64,000 bases of DNA from Candidatus Eiseniibacteriota bacterium (GTDB lineage: Bacteria; Eisenbacteria; RBG-16-71-46; CAVPCR01): contig CAVPCR010000001.1 in NCBI GenBank assembly GCA_963702435.1, forward strand, positions 1,216,001-1,280,000, read 5' to 3'. Under the pieces are notes generated by a model. The model saw nothing but the letters and a program-made list of their open reading frames with translations, was not told the origin of the DNA and did no database searches. Position numbers and translations under genes: made by a program. The first letter of the stretch is position 1; the number at the start of each line of letters is the position of its first letter. This document shows, one piece after another, positions 10,104 to 20,800 of this stretch.

Positions 10104-11087
10104 CTAACCAGAGACCCGGTTGCGCCCGCCGCGCTTCGCTTCGTACAGCCCGCGGTCGGCGCGCTCGATCAGGTCATTGGCGCACGCTCCATCTTCCGGG
10201 TAGGCCGACAGGCCGAAGCTCATCGTGAGCGCAACATCCGCGCCGTCCACCACTTCGGAAACCGGGGTCTCCGCAATCGCTTCTCGCACGCGCTCGGCGA
10301 ACACGCGGGCACCGCGGCGGTCGGTCTCCGGGAGGAGGAAAACGAACTCCTCTCCCCCGTAGCGCGCGAGCACCATTTCCTCCCGGGCACCCGCGGCCAG
10401 GACCTGCGCGACCGTCTTCAAGACCGTGTCTCCCGCCAGGTGTCCGTGCGTATCGTTGAATCGCTTGAAGTGATCGATATCGGCCAGCACGAGCGAGAAG
10501 ACGTGCCGGTGCCGACTCGCTCGAGCCAGCTCGCGGGTGAGCGCTTCGCGGAAGAAGCGATGATTGTGCAGCCCGGTCAGTCCGTCCCGGTCGGCCATTT
10601 CCTTGAGGCTCCGGTTCAGCCGCTCCAGTTCCTGGGTGCGGACCTTGAGCGCCGCCAGCAGATACTCGTTCTCTTCGCTGAGCTGGATGTTCTGGATCGC
10701 CCGCTTGGTGACCGAGGAGAGGATGTCGAGATCGTCGAAGGGCTTGGTGAGGTAGTCGTACGCGCCGAGACGCAGCGCCGTCATGGCCGAGTCGAGCGAG
10801 GCGTTGCTCGTCATGATGACCACGTGCACGTCGGGGACCCGCCGTTTGAGCTCCTTGAGCAGATCGAGCCCGCTCAGGCCGCCCATGACGATGTCGGTGA
10901 TGACGAGGGGGTACGAATCGTGCTCGAAGGCCGCGAGCGCTTCCTCGCCGGAGGCCACCGTCGTCACGTCGTAACCGTCCTGACGCAGGACACGGCTGAT
11001 CACCGTGCGCAGCGTCGGCTCATCTTCGGCGACGAGGATGCGAACGGGTTCGCCGACGAGCAGTTCAGCGCTGGCGACATCCAACAA
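10104..11087 (-). CDS. Response regulator diguanylate cyclase (REC-GGDEF)
   Basis: RILVAEDE...VITDIVM...YLTKPF receiver; DGLTGLHN, DIDHFKRFNDTHGHLAGD, RYGGEEF; strong GAGGAGG RBS before TTG. Confidence 0.92.
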   Translation of the reverse strand: MLDVASAELLVGEPVRILVAEDEPTLRTVISRVLRQDGYDVTTVASGEEALAAFEHDSYPLVITDIVMGGLSGLDLLKELKRRVPDVHVVIMTSNASLDSAMTALRLGAYDYLTKPFDDLDILSSVTKRAIQNIQLSEENEYLLAALKVRTQELERLNRSLKEMADRDGLTGLHNHRFFREALTRELARASRHRHVFSLVLADIDHFKRFNDTHGHLAGDTVLKTVAQVLAAGAREEMVLARYGGEEFVFLLPETDRRGARVFAERVREAIAETPVSEVVDGADVALTMSFGLSAYPEDGACANDLIERADRGLYEAKRGGRNRVSG

Positions 11088-11162
11088 GGGGTCCTCCTCC
11101 TCGAGTCCCGGACCCCATCGGCGGCTCGAGTGCCGTGATGGGGCCGCAACTATCGTCCCGTG

Positions 11163-11188
11163 TTATCGGCAACCCGGGGCCGCATTGC
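11163..11188 (-). promoter_or_regulatory. Sigma-28-like promoter for the diguanylate cyclase
   Basis: Perfect GCCGATAA on the minus strand, with GCAAT 13 nt upstream. Confidence 0.4.
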
Positions 11189-11359
11189 GAGTCCGTGCCG
11201 TCGGATCGTGTGGCGGAAACACGGCGCGCCGCCGCCGGCCGCCCGCGCCGCCGCCACGCCTCTGACTCAGACCGGGACACTCAGCATCCCTCCGGCCGAG
11301 TCGCGACATGGGCTCCGTCGCGACGACCGGGAAGCCGCCCACGATGGGATCGCCGACCC

Positions 11360-11387
11360 TAACTCTCCTCCTGCCCCGCGCCGAAAA
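11360..11387 (+). promoter_or_regulatory. Sigma-28-like promoter for the hybrid kinase
   Basis: TAAC-N16-GCCGAAAA about 50 nt before the GTG start. Confidence 0.35.
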
Positions 11388-11439
11388 CCCGCTAGAGGAC
11401 CCGGGTTGCCATTGGCTCGCCAGCGCGCGGAGAACTTTC

Positions 11440-13572
11440 GTGGCTGCAGAACGAATCCTGATCGTCGATGACGAGGCGAGCATCAGGTATGTCCTGACCA
11501 CGCTCATTCGCGGCATGGGGCTCGAGCCGTGCGCTGCGGGCTCAGCCCCGGAGGCTCTGCCTCTCCTGGAGGGGCCCCCGTTCGCGGCCGCCCTGCTCGA
11601 CATCGTGCTGCCGGGAATGAACGGCCTCGAGCTCCTGGGGCGCTTGAAGCAGAAGTCCCCCGACACCGAAGTCCTGATCATGACGAGCCACGCCTCGGTG
11701 GAAACCGCCATCGAGGCGATCCGCAAGGGCGCCTACGACTACTTCCACAAGCCCTTCGAGCTCGACGACGTATCCGCCAAGGTGCAGCGGGCGATCGAGA
11801 AGCGCGAGCTCGTCCTCCGCAATCGCGAGCTCATGACCGAGCTCGAGGCCCACAACCGCGAGCTCAGGGCGGCGGTCCAGCGTCTGGCCTCCCTCAACGC
11901 CGCGGGCCAGGCCATGGGCGGGATTCACACGCTCAGCGGCCTCCTCGACCTGTTCCTCGAGCTGGTGGTGCGGGAGCTCGATGTCGAGCGCGCCTCCCTG
12001 ATGCTGGTCGACGACGCCGGTGAGTTGCGGATCGCGGCGGCGCGGGGGCTGCCGGCGGATGTGGCCAGAGACGTGCGCATGAAGATCGGGGAAGGCGTGG
12101 CCGGCAAGGTCGCGGCCAGCGGGCGCCCGCTCTTGGTCGACGACGCCGACAGCTATCCCGAACTGCCTTCCCACGTGAACCTCCCGGGCTCCTTCATGTC
12201 GGTGCCTGTTGAGCTGAGCGTACCGATCAAGGCCATGAACCGCGTGCTGGGCGTGATCAACGTCACCCAGCGCCGTTCCGGAACTGCGTTCGGACCGGAC
12301 GATGTCTCCTACCTCGCCGGTCTGGCCGGGCAGGCCGCTGTCGCCATCGATCGCGCCCGGCACCTCGAGCGGCTGCAGGACGCCGTCGAGAACCTCGCCA
12401 TCACGCAGCAGCAGCTTCTGGTCACCACCCGCCTCAAGGCGCTGGGCGAGCTTGCGGCGGGCGTGGCCCACGACTTCAACAACACGCTGAGCGGCATCCT
12501 GGGCAGCAGCGAGCTGCTGCTGGCCGAGCTCGATCGGGGTCATCTGGATGAGCCCCGGTTGCAAGCGACGCTGCAGACGATCACTCAGCTCGCGCTGCAG
12601 GCGGCGGCCTGCGTGCGGCGCCTGCAGGACGCCGCCGGGGTCAGGCGAGACCGGCCCGAGGAGGAAGCCGATCTCAATCAGGCGGTGCGTCTCGCGCTGG
12701 ACCTCACCCAACCGAAGTGGCAGGTCGAGAGCGAGCTCATGGGGCGGCCGGTGCGCGTCGCGCTCGATCTCGGCGAGATCCCGGTGGTCAGAGGCGACCC
12801 GCAGGAGATCGCGCAGGCAATCAGCAATCTCGTCTTCAACGCCGTCGAGGCCATGCCCAATGGAGGCCACATCAACCTGCGCACATCGGTGGTGGAGAAC
12901 ACCGTCCAGCTCGAGGTGGCAGACGATGGCGCCGGCATGAGCCCGGAGGTGTGCGGGCGGATCTTCGACCCCTTCTTCACGACCAAGAACACCGGGCATG
13001 GACTGGGTCTGAGCGTGGTGCAGGGCATCATCAAGCGGATGGGGGGCTCGATCGCGGTCAGGAGTACAGAAGGGGCGGGCACGACCTTCACGGTGACGAT
13101 GCCGGTCGCCGAGCGGCGACCGGAAGCAACCCCCGCGCAGGAGCCGCCTCTCGCACCCTCGGCCGCGGCGCGCCTGCTCGTGATCGATGACGACCCGGTG
13201 AACCTGGAGGTCTGCGCTGAAGTCCTCAAGCAGGGTGGGCACGAGGTGGTGATGGCGCCGAGCGGCGAGGAAGGACTGGCGCAGTTCCAGGCGGGGCGGA
13301 TCGACCTCGTCATCACCGACCTCTGCATGCCCGGGCTCTCGGGCTGGCAGGTGGTGCGTGAGATCAAGAAGCAGGATGCCACGGTGCCCGTGATCGTCTT
13401 GAGCGGCTGGGGAGTTCAGCTCGATGAATCGTCGCTGCGCGAAGCGGGGGTCGACCTGGCTTTGACCAAGCCGGTGCCCTTGCGCGTGTTGCTGCGCTCG
13501 GTCAACTCGGTACTCGCCGCCCGACGCACGGGCGACACTGGTTCAGAACTCGATGCGACTGGAACGGATTGA
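11440..13572 (+). CDS. Hybrid sensor histidine kinase (REC-GAF-HisKA-HATPase-REC)
   Basis: GTG 11440 with GGAG RBS; ILIVDDE receiver; GAF (ERASLMLVD...GEGVAGKVA); AGVAHDFNN H-box; NLVFNAVEAM, DDGAGM, FFTTK, GLGLS; C-terminal LLVIDDD..VITDLCMP receiver. Confidence 0.92.
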   Translation: MAAERILIVDDEASIRYVLTTLIRGMGLEPCAAGSAPEALPLLEGPPFAAALLDIVLPGMNGLELLGRLKQKSPDTEVLIMTSHASVETAIEAIRKGAYDYFHKPFELDDVSAKVQRAIEKRELVLRNRELMTELEAHNRELRAAVQRLASLNAAGQAMGGIHTLSGLLDLFLELVVRELDVERASLMLVDDAGELRIAAARGLPADVARDVRMKIGEGVAGKVAASGRPLLVDDADSYPELPSHVNLPGSFMSVPVELSVPIKAMNRVLGVINVTQRRSGTAFGPDDVSYLAGLAGQAAVAIDRARHLERLQDAVENLAITQQQLLVTTRLKALGELAAGVAHDFNNTLSGILGSSELLLAELDRGHLDEPRLQATLQTITQLALQAAACVRRLQDAAGVRRDRPEEEADLNQAVRLALDLTQPKWQVESELMGRPVRVALDLGEIPVVRGDPQEIAQAISNLVFNAVEAMPNGGHINLRTSVVENTVQLEVADDGAGMSPEVCGRIFDPFFTTKNTGHGLGLSVVQGIIKRMGGSIAVRSTEGAGTTFTVTMPVAERRPEATPAQEPPLAPSAAARLLVIDDDPVNLEVCAEVLKQGGHEVVMAPSGEEGLAQFQAGRIDLVITDLCMPGLSGWQVVREIKKQDATVPVIVLSGWGVQLDESSLREAGVDLALTKPVPLRVLLRSVNSVLAARRTGDTGSELDATGTD

Positions 13573-13630
13573 CGGAGAAGAACAGGTGGTGCTCGCAGAC
13601 CACCAGGGCTCGACTCAGGAGGACGATGAG

Positions 13631-14206
13631 ATGACTATGCGGACTGGATTGGGAGCAGGCCGGATGCCCGCCGTCACGTTGGCCGCGTTCCTCGCCGTGG
13701 CGGCACTCGCCGGCGCGACGCGTGCGGCTGACAACACGGCCACCGGGAACATCGCCGGCGTGGCGGGCAGCCTGGGCAATTCCAATGTGTTCACGATCAA
13801 CTCGAGCGCGCTCGCACTCGCGAAGACCGCCTTTCTCACCAACGGCACGGCGCTCGCGAGCGGGACGACGCTGGCCAGGGGGACACTGGCCCGCTTCATG
13901 GTCTACGTCGACAACTCGACCGGGGCGGCAGCCGACTCGGTCAACGTCCAGGATGCGCTCGCCGCTGCATTCGCCTATCAGTCCGGGACGATCAAGGTCG
14001 ACAGCTCGCAGGCCACCGGCTCCACGACGGCTGCCATCTACGCCGCAGTCAACGCCACGACACCACTCAGCGATGCGGTGAGCGGCAGCGACGTGGCCGG
14101 CATCAACGGCAGCACGATCAGCGCCGGTGGCGCGGCGGGCAACGCCGTCGTGACGATCCCCGCCGGCCGCGTGTGGGCCATGCTGTTCACGGTCCGCGTT
14201 CAGTAG
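13631..14206 (+). CDS. Secreted small DUF11-like Ig protein (candidate major pilin)
   Basis: AGGAGG RBS; signal peptide ending ATRA; mature ADNTATGNIAG...FTINSS then LALAKTAF...VQDAL.AFAYQSG...IPAGRVWAMLFTVRVQ, clearly homologous to the adhesin C-terminus. Confidence 0.75.
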   Translation: MTMRTGLGAGRMPAVTLAAFLAVAALAGATRAADNTATGNIAGVAGSLGNSNVFTINSSALALAKTAFLTNGTALASGTTLARGTLARFMVYVDNSTGAAADSVNVQDALAAAFAYQSGTIKVDSSQATGSTTAAIYAAVNATTPLSDAVSGSDVAGINGSTISAGGAAGNAVVTIPAGRVWAMLFTVRVQ

Positions 14207-14245
14207 CTCGGACAGACCAAAACGCAGGCAACAGGACCACCAACA

Positions 14246-14869
14246 GTGAGCGTGGAACGTAGGTGCCCGGCGGGGACGCGGGGCTTCTTCCTGGTCGGGC
14301 TCTTGCTCGCCGGGGCGCTGACCCTGGGCGCACCCGCCCGCGGCGCGACCAACGCCGTCCGCGGCGGCATCGGTGAGCTCGATAACGGCACCCTGGCCGG
14401 CGGCGACGGGACGGGCGGAGCCCAGTTCACCATCAACGTGGTGGATCGCGCGCTGGTCAAGGAGGCGCGGGATCTGGCCGGCCAGCTGCTGCCCGGCGGG
14501 GCCGGCGTGGCGGCGGGGCAGATCGTCTACTTCGTCCTCGTGGTCGACAACCCGACGGACGCGCCGGCCGAGGACATCCTCATCACCGACGCCCTCGACG
14601 AGACGAGCTTCACCTACCTCCCCGGCAGCCTCGAGTTCGCCGTCGTCCCCAGCGGCACCTCCGGCAACGCGCTGTGGAACGCCGCCTGGACCGGGCTCAC
14701 CGACGCGGTGGGCGCTCCCGACGACATGGCCTCCGCCGTCGACACCGGCGGCGGGACCGGCGCCGACCGCATTGCCGTCGGCGCCGTGGCGGGGCAGACG
14801 AACCTTCCGGCGCAGACGCCGGCGGGCTCCACGTACGCGGTGCGGTTCCGCGCGCGGGTGACGGGATGA
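14246..14869 (+). CDS. Secreted small DUF11-like Ig protein (candidate minor pilin)
   Basis: Signal peptide; ATNAVRG...QFTINVV then ALVKEAR...ITDALD..FTYLPGS...TPAGSTYAVRFRARV; paralog of 13631-14206. Confidence 0.75.
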   Translation: MSVERRCPAGTRGFFLVGLLLAGALTLGAPARGATNAVRGGIGELDNGTLAGGDGTGGAQFTINVVDRALVKEARDLAGQLLPGGAGVAAGQIVYFVLVVDNPTDAPAEDILITDALDETSFTYLPGSLEFAVVPSGTSGNALWNAAWTGLTDAVGAPDDMASAVDTGGGTGADRIAVGAVAGQTNLPAQTPAGSTYAVRFRARVTG

Positions 14870-17800
14870 GACCGACCCTCTCCCACATTGCCGCGGTCCA
14901 CGTGCAGCCGCAGCACCCCGGCCGGCGACTCGTCGCCGCCGCGCTCTTCGTCCTCTTCCTCGCCTGGTCGCCGCTCGCCGCCCGCGGGCAGATCATCGAG
15001 AACGAGGCGGCCGGCGCCGCCAACGGCGTCCCGCTCCTCGGCGCCGGCGCGCGCGTGTCCTTGAATCGCATCGTCGTGCCGGGCGTCGCTGCGGTGGCCG
15101 AGGTTTCTCCCAACACCGTGTCACCGGGCAGCCAGGGCCAGGGGTTCGTTCTCGATGTGTGGCCGGAGATCGGTCCCGCCGATCCGGCGGTCGACACCCT
15201 CCTCGTCACCATTCCCCCCGGCTACTCGCTCCTCCGCATCGATGGAGTCGAGGTGACCGCCTCGCCGCTGACCCTGGATTGCGCCGGGCGCGGAGCGACC
15301 TCGTACTGCGCGGCGGTTGCCGGCCCGGAAGCCACCATCGTGCTCGGGAGTCCGCTCACCACCCCGAGCGGCATCCGCATCCGGTTGTCGGCCGATACCC
15401 CGCTCACCGTCGGACGCGGGGATTTCACCGTGGCCGTGGCCGCGGCCGGAGGCCGGACCCCGGCCACACCCGGCAACGCGGACGGCGATCCCACCGATGC
15501 CAACAGTCTCTCCGTGCGTGTGGTCGATGATGTCGATCAGGTTCGATCCACGGTCGTGGTGACCCCGGCGGTCGTGCTGGCCGATGGCCTGGCAGCGGGA
15601 GCAGTCACGGTCACGCTGCGGAACAACATGGACCAGCCGCTTGCCGGCAAGACCGTGACCCTGTCCTCCGCACGCGGTGATGCCGACATCTTGACCCAGC
15701 CGATTGCTCCGACCAACAGCGAGGGGGTGACCACCGGCGAAGTGCGATCGACCGTGCCCGGCCTCGCCCCCATCTTCGCCGCCGACTTGACCGACAGCGT
15801 GACCATCACGCAACCGGGCGCCGTGACCTTCACGCAGGGCCTCGTGCTCGCGCTCGAGCTCGTGGCCAGCCGGCGCGAAGTCACCACCGGCGAGATCGTC
15901 ACCTACAGCGCGATCCTCCGCAATGCGACCTCCGATTCGGTCACCACGGTGCGGGTCGAGAACACGGGTCCGGTCGGGTTCAAGTACGTGCCCGGTTCCG
16001 CCCGCCTGCGCGGGGCGCCAGTGGCCGACCCGGCCGGGGATCGCACCCTCGACTTCGCCGTGGGCACCGTGCCGGCGTGGGTGGATGCCAACCTGAACGG
16101 ACGGGCGGACGTCGGCGAATCCGGTGTGGTCGTCCTCAGCTATCAGATGGTGGCGGGGTCGGGCGCCACGCCCGGCGACTACCGGAACAGCGCGGTGGCC
16201 AGGGATGCGTGCGCGACGTGCATCCTCTCGAACGTGGACGAGGCGGTCGTCCACGTCGGGGTCGATGAGTTCTTCAGCCTGGGCACCATCGTCGGCAAGA
16301 TCTTCGAGGACCGGAATCGGGACGGCCGCCAGCAACGCGAGGAAGCCGGCATGGCCGGAACGCGGGTGGTGCTCGATGACGGGACGTCTGCGCTCACCGA
16401 TTCCCGTGGCCTCTATCACTTCCCGGCGGTGCGGGCCGGGGATCGCCTGGTCAAGATCGACCTCGCGAGCCAGGCCGGTCTCGCCGCCGCCACGACCGAC
16501 GAGGCCCGCATCGTTTCGGTCACGCCGGGGCTCCTCGCCCGGGCCAACTTCGGCGTGGTCGTGGAGAGCGACACCGTACGGGTCGGGCGCCCGGCGGTCC
16601 GTGGTCTGCAAATCACCGCCCAACCGAGCTACGAGCCGGTCAAGGTGCTGGGGACCATCGAGGGACCACGGGTCCTCGTCAACGGCGAGCCCTTGCCTCT
16701 CCCCTTGAGCGAGGTCAATACCGCCCGCGCCGCGGGGTCGGACGTCGTGGAGCTCAGCGGTGATCGCCTCGCACGGCCCATCACCTTCCGTCTGGAGGCG
16801 GATTCCGCCGCCGCCGTCGTGGGCTGGCGGCTCGTCATCTGCGATGCGCTGGGGGACACGGTCCGCGTGGTGCGCGGCGAAGGGCGGCCGGCGGACGTGA
16901 CCTGGGACGGGGTCCGCGACGATGGCGAGCGCATCCACGGCGGAGAGATCTATCGCTACCGTCTGGAGGTGGAGTACGCGCAGGGCATGCGGGCGGCGAG
17001 CCCGGTCCGCACGCTCGGCATCAACGGCCGCTCGATCCCCGCCGTGCGCCTCGGCCAGAGCGCCTTCGCGCCAGGAACTGCCGATCTGACGCCGGAGGCG
17101 CGGGCCGCCTTGAAGAACCTGGCCGGTCTCCTCCGCCGCTATCCCGAGGAGCGGATCCTCATCGCTGCGCATGCCGATTCGACCCGACTCGCGCCGGACG
17201 TGAGATCGATGTGGCAGCAGCGCGCTGCCGCCGCGGCGACCCATCTCGCCGCTGAAGAGCTGATCGACGAGAACCGGCTCCTCCCGGCCGCGGGCGCTGT
17301 GGATGTCCAGACCGCATCGCCGGACGCCGGCGGCCAGCAGGCGATCGCTTGCTGGGTGAGCGTGAGCGGCGAGAAACCCCACGACATCAAGGCCCGCGTT
17401 CTCGACCAGCACCGCTCGACTCCGGAGCTGGCGATCAACGAGCGGACGGTGCCGGTCGACCCCGATGGCCGTTTTCTCACCCAGGTCGAAGACAACGAGT
17501 CCAACGAGCTGAGCGTCCGCCTGCGCGGCACGCACGGCGACGAGGTCGAGCGCTCGGTCCCGTTGCCGCGGCTCGAGATTCTCGAACCGGCGGGCAACGT
17601 GCGCCTGCCCTATGGCACTGCCGCCGGCGGCTTCCGCATTCCCGAGCAAGCCGCACTCGAGCAAACGCAGTTCCGGCTGGTCGCCGCCACCGCGACGGAC
17701 GCTGCCGACGGAGTGGCGGCAACGTGCATGCTCGTGGGCCGCACCGACCCGCCCAACGCGGTCGAGCTCGGCCGCCAGTCACTCCCGGTGGAACCGGACG

Positions 17801-20800
17801 GCACGTTCCGCGCCCAGCTCGATCTGCGCCTCGGAGACAACTTCTTCGCCCTGCTCGTGCGCAACCCGGCCGGGGTGACCCGCATCGCGAGCCTCGCGCT
17901 CCAGGTGTCGGCGACCGATCAGGAGGGGCAATTCGTCGTCGCGCTCGACCTGGTCCCGGAGCTGACCGTCTACCTGCCGCGACCTGACGCGGTGGTGACC
18001 TCGTCGCAGCTGCCGATCTCCGGCCGCACCGATCCAGAGAACGCCGTCACCATCAACGGAGAGCCGGTTCCGGTCGGCGCCGACGGCCGGTTCGCCACCA
18101 GCGTTCCCTTGTCCCGCGGCCGCAATCTCCTGCGCGTCCAGGCGATCGATCCCGCAGGGCGCGTGGCCACGGTCGAGCGGGAGTTCGAGCAGGGTCCGCC
18201 CCCGCTCTTCCTCCTGGCCCTGGCCGACGGCGTGGTCGGCCAGCTCTCGAGCAGCGGCTACCTCGACCCGGCCAGCGATCTGGCCGACGACGGCTTCTAT
18301 GCCGACGGGCGGCTCGCGTACTACCTGCGGGGTACGGTGGCCGGCAAGTACCTGGTGACCTCCGCGCTCGACGTCTCGCGCGACAACATGGACCGCATCC
18401 TCCTCGACGTCGACGCCGAGGGCAACGACCGGCTCTTCACCAACCTCGACCCCGACCGCCTCTACCCGGTGTATGGCGACTCGAGCACCGTCCTCTACGA
18501 CGCGCAGAGCCAGGGACGCTTCTACCTGGCAGTCGACAGCGAGGACTTCAAGGCCACGGTCGGCAACTATCCGCTGTCGCTCGGCGACACGGAGCTCTCG
18601 ACCTTCCAGCGCACTCTCTACGGCGGGCGCGTGCAGTATCAATCCGTGTCGCACACTCGCTATGGCGAACCACGCACGGTGGCCGTCGCCCTCGCCGCCG
18701 ACGCGCGCCAGGTGCACGTGCAGGACGTGCTGCGCGGGACCGGCGGCTCGATCTACTACTTGAGTCACGACGATGTGATCGAAGGCAGCGAGCAGGTCAC
18801 GCTCGTGGTGCGCGACGCCGACACGGGTCTCTTGCGGGCGCGGCTGCCGCGGCAACGGGACGTCGACTACGCGGTCAAGTACCGCGAGGGTCGCATTCTG
18901 TTCCACCGGCCGATCTCGAGCGTGATCGACGAGGAGTCCCTGGTCCACGGCGAGGTCCTGTCCGGACACCCGGTCTTCGTGGAGGTCAACTACGAAACCC
19001 GCGCCGGCTTCCTGGACAACGCCACGGCGGGCGGTCGCGTCAGGCAGAGCCTCGGCGATCACCTCCAGGTCGGGGGCACGTTCGTCCAGGACCAGGCCGT
19101 TGCCGGCGAGTACCAGCTTCAGGGGACCGACGTCCAGGTGCGCCTGGGCGAGAACACGCGGCTCACCGGCGAGCTGGCCGCGAGCCGTGGTTTCGGCGCG
19201 GAGACCTTCAAGAGCGACGATGGCGGCTTGAGCTTCCTGGAGACCACAGCCTATGACGCACAGGAGGGACAGGCCTGGAAGGCGGCGGCCGAGGTCGATG
19301 TCGGCGAGTGGCTCTGGGTCCCCAACCGCGCCTTGCTGCGCGGCTATGTGCGGAGAATCGAGGAAGGGTTCACCTCCGATCTCACCGTTCAGGATCAGGG
19401 TTCGCGCCAGCATGGGGTGAGCGGCACGCTCGATCTCTTGCGCGCCGGTCGCTTCGCGGTGCGCTACGAGCGGGAAGAGACGGGCGACTCGCTGGCCGCC
19501 GGGAGAGCGACGTCGGATCTCGGCTCGGTGCAATGGGTACGCCAGGCGGGGCGCTGGGGTCTCGCCACCGAGTTCCAGACGCGAGGCCGGAGCTTCGACA
19601 GCGACGCAGGGCTCGACCGCTCGAGTTACGGATCCGCGGCCGGCTGGATGATGCTCGGCTCCCGCGTCACCGGGCGACTCGAGCGCCAGCAGACCCTGGC
19701 CGGAGTCGCCAACGATCAGACCCGTCTCGGAGTCAAGGTGCGGGCCTGGCGCGGCCTCGGCTTCGAGACCCAGGCGGCCACCGGAACGCAGGGCAGTTCC
19801 CTCCTCACCGGAGCGACGCTCGCGGTCGGGGGCAGCAGCATCTACGTGAGCCAGCGGATCGAGGATCGCGCCGGTGGCCGCGCGACCACCGTCGTCGGCA
19901 CGCAGGCGCCGTTCGGGTCTTCCGGCCGCGCCTACACCGAGTACCAGTGGGAGCAAGGGCCGGAGGGCGATCGCCGCGTATCGCTGACTGGCATCCAGAG
20001 GCAGTGGGAGCAGGGCCCCGGCGTGAACCTGTACCTTGCCGGCGAGCGCGGCAACGTCGAGAACCCGAACGGAAGCACGCGCCGCACGTCGCTCTCGGCC
20101 GGCATCGCCTATGCCGAGACTCCGGGCCTCAAGTCCACGACGCGGGGCGAGGTGCGGGTCGAATCCGGGGCCGCGGATCGCCTGCAGCTCTTCCTGTCCG
20201 AGCGGCTCGAGAAGCGGCTGAACCAGAGCTTCGTCGCCCTGGGCAGCTATCGCTACAGCCGCACCCAGGACCGCCGGCTGGACCGCGCGGAAGCCTACTT
20301 CAAGGAGCTGAGTGTCGGCGTGGCTTACCGCCCGCTCATGAGCGATGCGATCGACGGTCTGGCCCGCTACACGCGCCTTCACGACTTCCGCCCGGCGGAC
20401 CAGAACACGATCGCCCAGGAGGTCTACGCCATGGATGTGTTCTCCGGCGAGGCCACCGTGGACATCGGCTCCGGCGTCGCCTGGAGCGGGAAGGGCGCCG
20501 GTCGGATAACACGCCAGGGACCGGACGACGATTCGCTCACCCGGACGCGGAGCTTCCTCGTCATCAACCGGGTCGACTATGCATTCAGGCCGCCGCTGAG
20601 CGTGGCGGCGGAGTACCGCGTGCTTGGCGAGGTCGACTTCCACACGCAGCGCCGCGGGTGGCTCAACGAGCTCACGTGGACGGCCGCCAAGCACTTCCGT
20701 CTGGGGGCGGGCTACAACTTCACTGATTTCTCGGACAACGAGTTCGCGCGCGATGACTACTCGCTGCGCGGCTGGTTCTTCCGCGTGCAGGGGAAGTACT

